64,000 nt of DNA from Dendrobates tinctorius (taxonomy: Eukaryota). The stretch covers positions 1,550,001 to 1,614,000 of the forward strand of contig NW_027361767.1 in assembly GCF_039654945.1 (NCBI RefSeq), given 5' to 3'. The position numbers and the translations under genes are program-made. Below the pieces are notes generated by a model, which saw only the letters and a program-made list of their open reading frames with translations, was not told where the DNA came from and did no database searches. Shown here one piece after another: positions 62,027 through 64,000 of this stretch (the stretch's first letter is position 1; every line of letters begins with the position of its first letter).

Positions 62027-63595
62027 ATGTCCTTCCCAGCACCTAAACCGAGACCCCCAGAACTACCCCGATATCTGCACCGCAGGCTGCTGTGTGCCCA
62101 GGGGGCAGTGCGGGCTGTGCGCTACAACGGTGAGTGCCCCCGACACCGCTATTGTCTGTCGCCCCGACAACCTCGCTCCTCCCTATTGTCTGTCGCCCCG
62201 ACAACCTCGCTCCTCCCTATTATCTGTCGCCCCGACAACCTCCCTCCGCCCCTTTGTCTGTCGCCCTGACATCCTCGCTCCTCCCTATTGTCTGTTGCCC
62301 CGACAACCTCTCTCCTCCCCATTGTCTGTCACCCTGACAACCTCGCTCCTCCCTATTGTCTGTCGCCCCGACAACCTCCTCCCTGTCGTCTGTTTCCCTG
62401 ATGACCTCGCTCCTCCCCGTTGTCTGTTTCCCTGATGACCTCGCTCCTCCCCGTTGTCTGTCGCCCCGACAACCTCGCTCCTCCCCATTGTCTGTCGCCC
62501 CGACAACTTCGCTCCTCCCCATTGTCTGTCGCCCCGACAACCTCGCTCCTCCCTATTGTCTGTCGCCCCGACAACCTCTCTCCTCCCTGTCGGCTGTTTC
62601 CCTGATGACCTCGCTCCACCCCGTTGTCTGTCGCCCCGACAACCTCGCTCCTCCCCATTGTCTGTTTCCCTGATGACCTCGCTCCTCCCCGTTGTCTGTC
62701 GCCCCGACAACCTCGCTCCTCCCTATTGTCTGTCGCCCTGACGACCTCGCTCCTCCCCATCATTGTGTGTCACCTTGGCATCTCTCCTCACTGTTGACGG
62801 GGTCACCCTTTGGTGGGAGGACCAGACTCCATAACACATAGCTCCTGTCACCCTGTGGTGGGAGGGGCAGACTCCATGTCACCTAGCTCCTCCCCGTTGG
62901 CTGTGTACTCCCTGTGATGTGAGCCTTCTCTCCTTGCGGTCGGCAGTGGACGGTAATTACTGTATGACGTGTGGCAGTGACAAGTCTCTGAAGCTGTGGA
63001 ATCCGCACAAGGGCACGCTGCTGAAGACGTACAGCGGGCACGGATACGAGGTGCTGGACGCCGCAGGGTAACCGTCCCTCATTACAGGTCTTATAGCCGG
63101 GGTCGTGTGAGGGTAACAGTGGATCCATTGTGTGATCTGTAAGATCCCCACCTCCAGATCCCGCTCCCCCATATAAGGTCCCACTAGTGAGGGGGTATGA
63201 TTGGTGCCAGTTTCTCCCTCGTTGCTGTCCGGTGATACAATCCTTCCTGCTGACATAAGATGATAAAGTCTCCAGGGTCTGATACATTGTATTCCCCAGT
63301 GATTGCAGGAAGCCCACTGTGGGGACCCCCCGAACCCCCAGGAATCTGGTGGTGGCAGCACTGACCGCCCTCTCCTGGGGAGAAGTCGTATTACACTGTC
63401 TCATTGATGTTCTTTTTGTGTATTGAATGGATGAGCGGGGCCCCCGTGTGGCTTCTTTGGGGGGTTTTCTCACGTTGCGTCTCTTTCAGGTCCTGTGACA
63501 ACAGCCAGATCTGTTCCTGCAGCTCAGACAAAACTGTTGTCCTGTGGGATGTGGCGCAGGGTCAGGTGGTTCGGAAGTTTCGTGGACACGCAGGG
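62027..63595 (+). CDS. wdr83: WD repeat protein 83 (MORG1), first three coding exons; gene continues past the window
   Basis: Exons 62027-62129, 62947-63067 and 63490-63595: MSFPAPKPRPPELP..QGAVRAVRYNVDGNYCMTCGSDKSLKLWNP..YSGHGYEVLDAAGSCDNSQICSCSSDKTVVLWDVAQGQVVRKFRGHAG. Probable non-coding exon ending at donor 61834; acceptor at 62010. Confidence 0.95.
62136..62760. repeat. ~34-bp minisatellite
   Basis: (ttgtctgtcgccccgacaacctcgctcctcccta)n, with tttccctgatga variant units. Confidence 0.95.
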
Positions 63596-63851
63596 GTGAG
63601 CGGTACTTTCCATTACTGATGTAGTACGAGCCAGTAAATGACTGGCTGCCAGGGATGACTACCCAACTTCCATTGAATCCAATCAGGACGTTGCCATTAC
63701 TTTTCTAAAATCTTTTTGGTTGCTATGGGTGATTGCTCCACATTTGTACTGAGGGAATCTTCCCCAAATTTAGGCTGCAGCAACACAAAGCTAAACCCGG
63801 CAATATTGTAATGTTTCTACAAATTGGAGCTTCAGCCACAGATCCATCGTC

Positions 63852-64000
63852 CCGATGGCAGCACATCCTCCCCTGTACACGTGGCAGCGATGAGCCGATG
63901 GCAGCACATCCCCCCCTGCACACGTGGCAGCGATGAGCCGATGGCAGCACATCCTCCCCTGTACACGTGGCAGCGATGAGCCGATGGCAGCACATCCTCC
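63852..64000. repeat. 43-bp minisatellite running off the window
   Basis: (ccgatggcagcacatcctcccctgtacacgtggcagcgatgag)n. Confidence 0.9.

Overview
Vertebrate genomic DNA, almost certainly an anuran (inferred from the repeat families). It holds four intron-containing genes: complete trmt1 (+, CDS 7305-20368, 16 coding exons), complete man2b1 (-, CDS 55160-27803, 24 exons, intron 1 is GC-AG), complete wdr83os (-, 61614-56834) and the 5' part of wdr83 (+, from 62027). wdr83 and wdr83os share a bidirectional promoter. The rest is mostly transposons and about 13 minisatellite arrays (roughly a fifth of the window), with an assembly gap at 51464-51625. Transposons include a structurally complete DIRS1, a full-length L1 with TSD, two 5'-truncated L1s, L2, CR1, Tc1, hAT and Harbinger MITEs. 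The most notable observations are: (1) an apparently intact type I hammerhead ribozyme beside the wdr83/wdr83os promoter; (2) a triple-nested set of fold-back transposons in a trmt1 intron, including a Mu-killer-like inverted Tc1 with 714-bp arms; (3) minisatellites that amplify CTCF-like motifs or start at splice sites; (4) about 7.2 kb of retroelements wedged into what was a ~200-bp gap between the trmt1 and man2b1 stop codons. Coordinates were counted by hand and may be off by a few bases at repeat edges.
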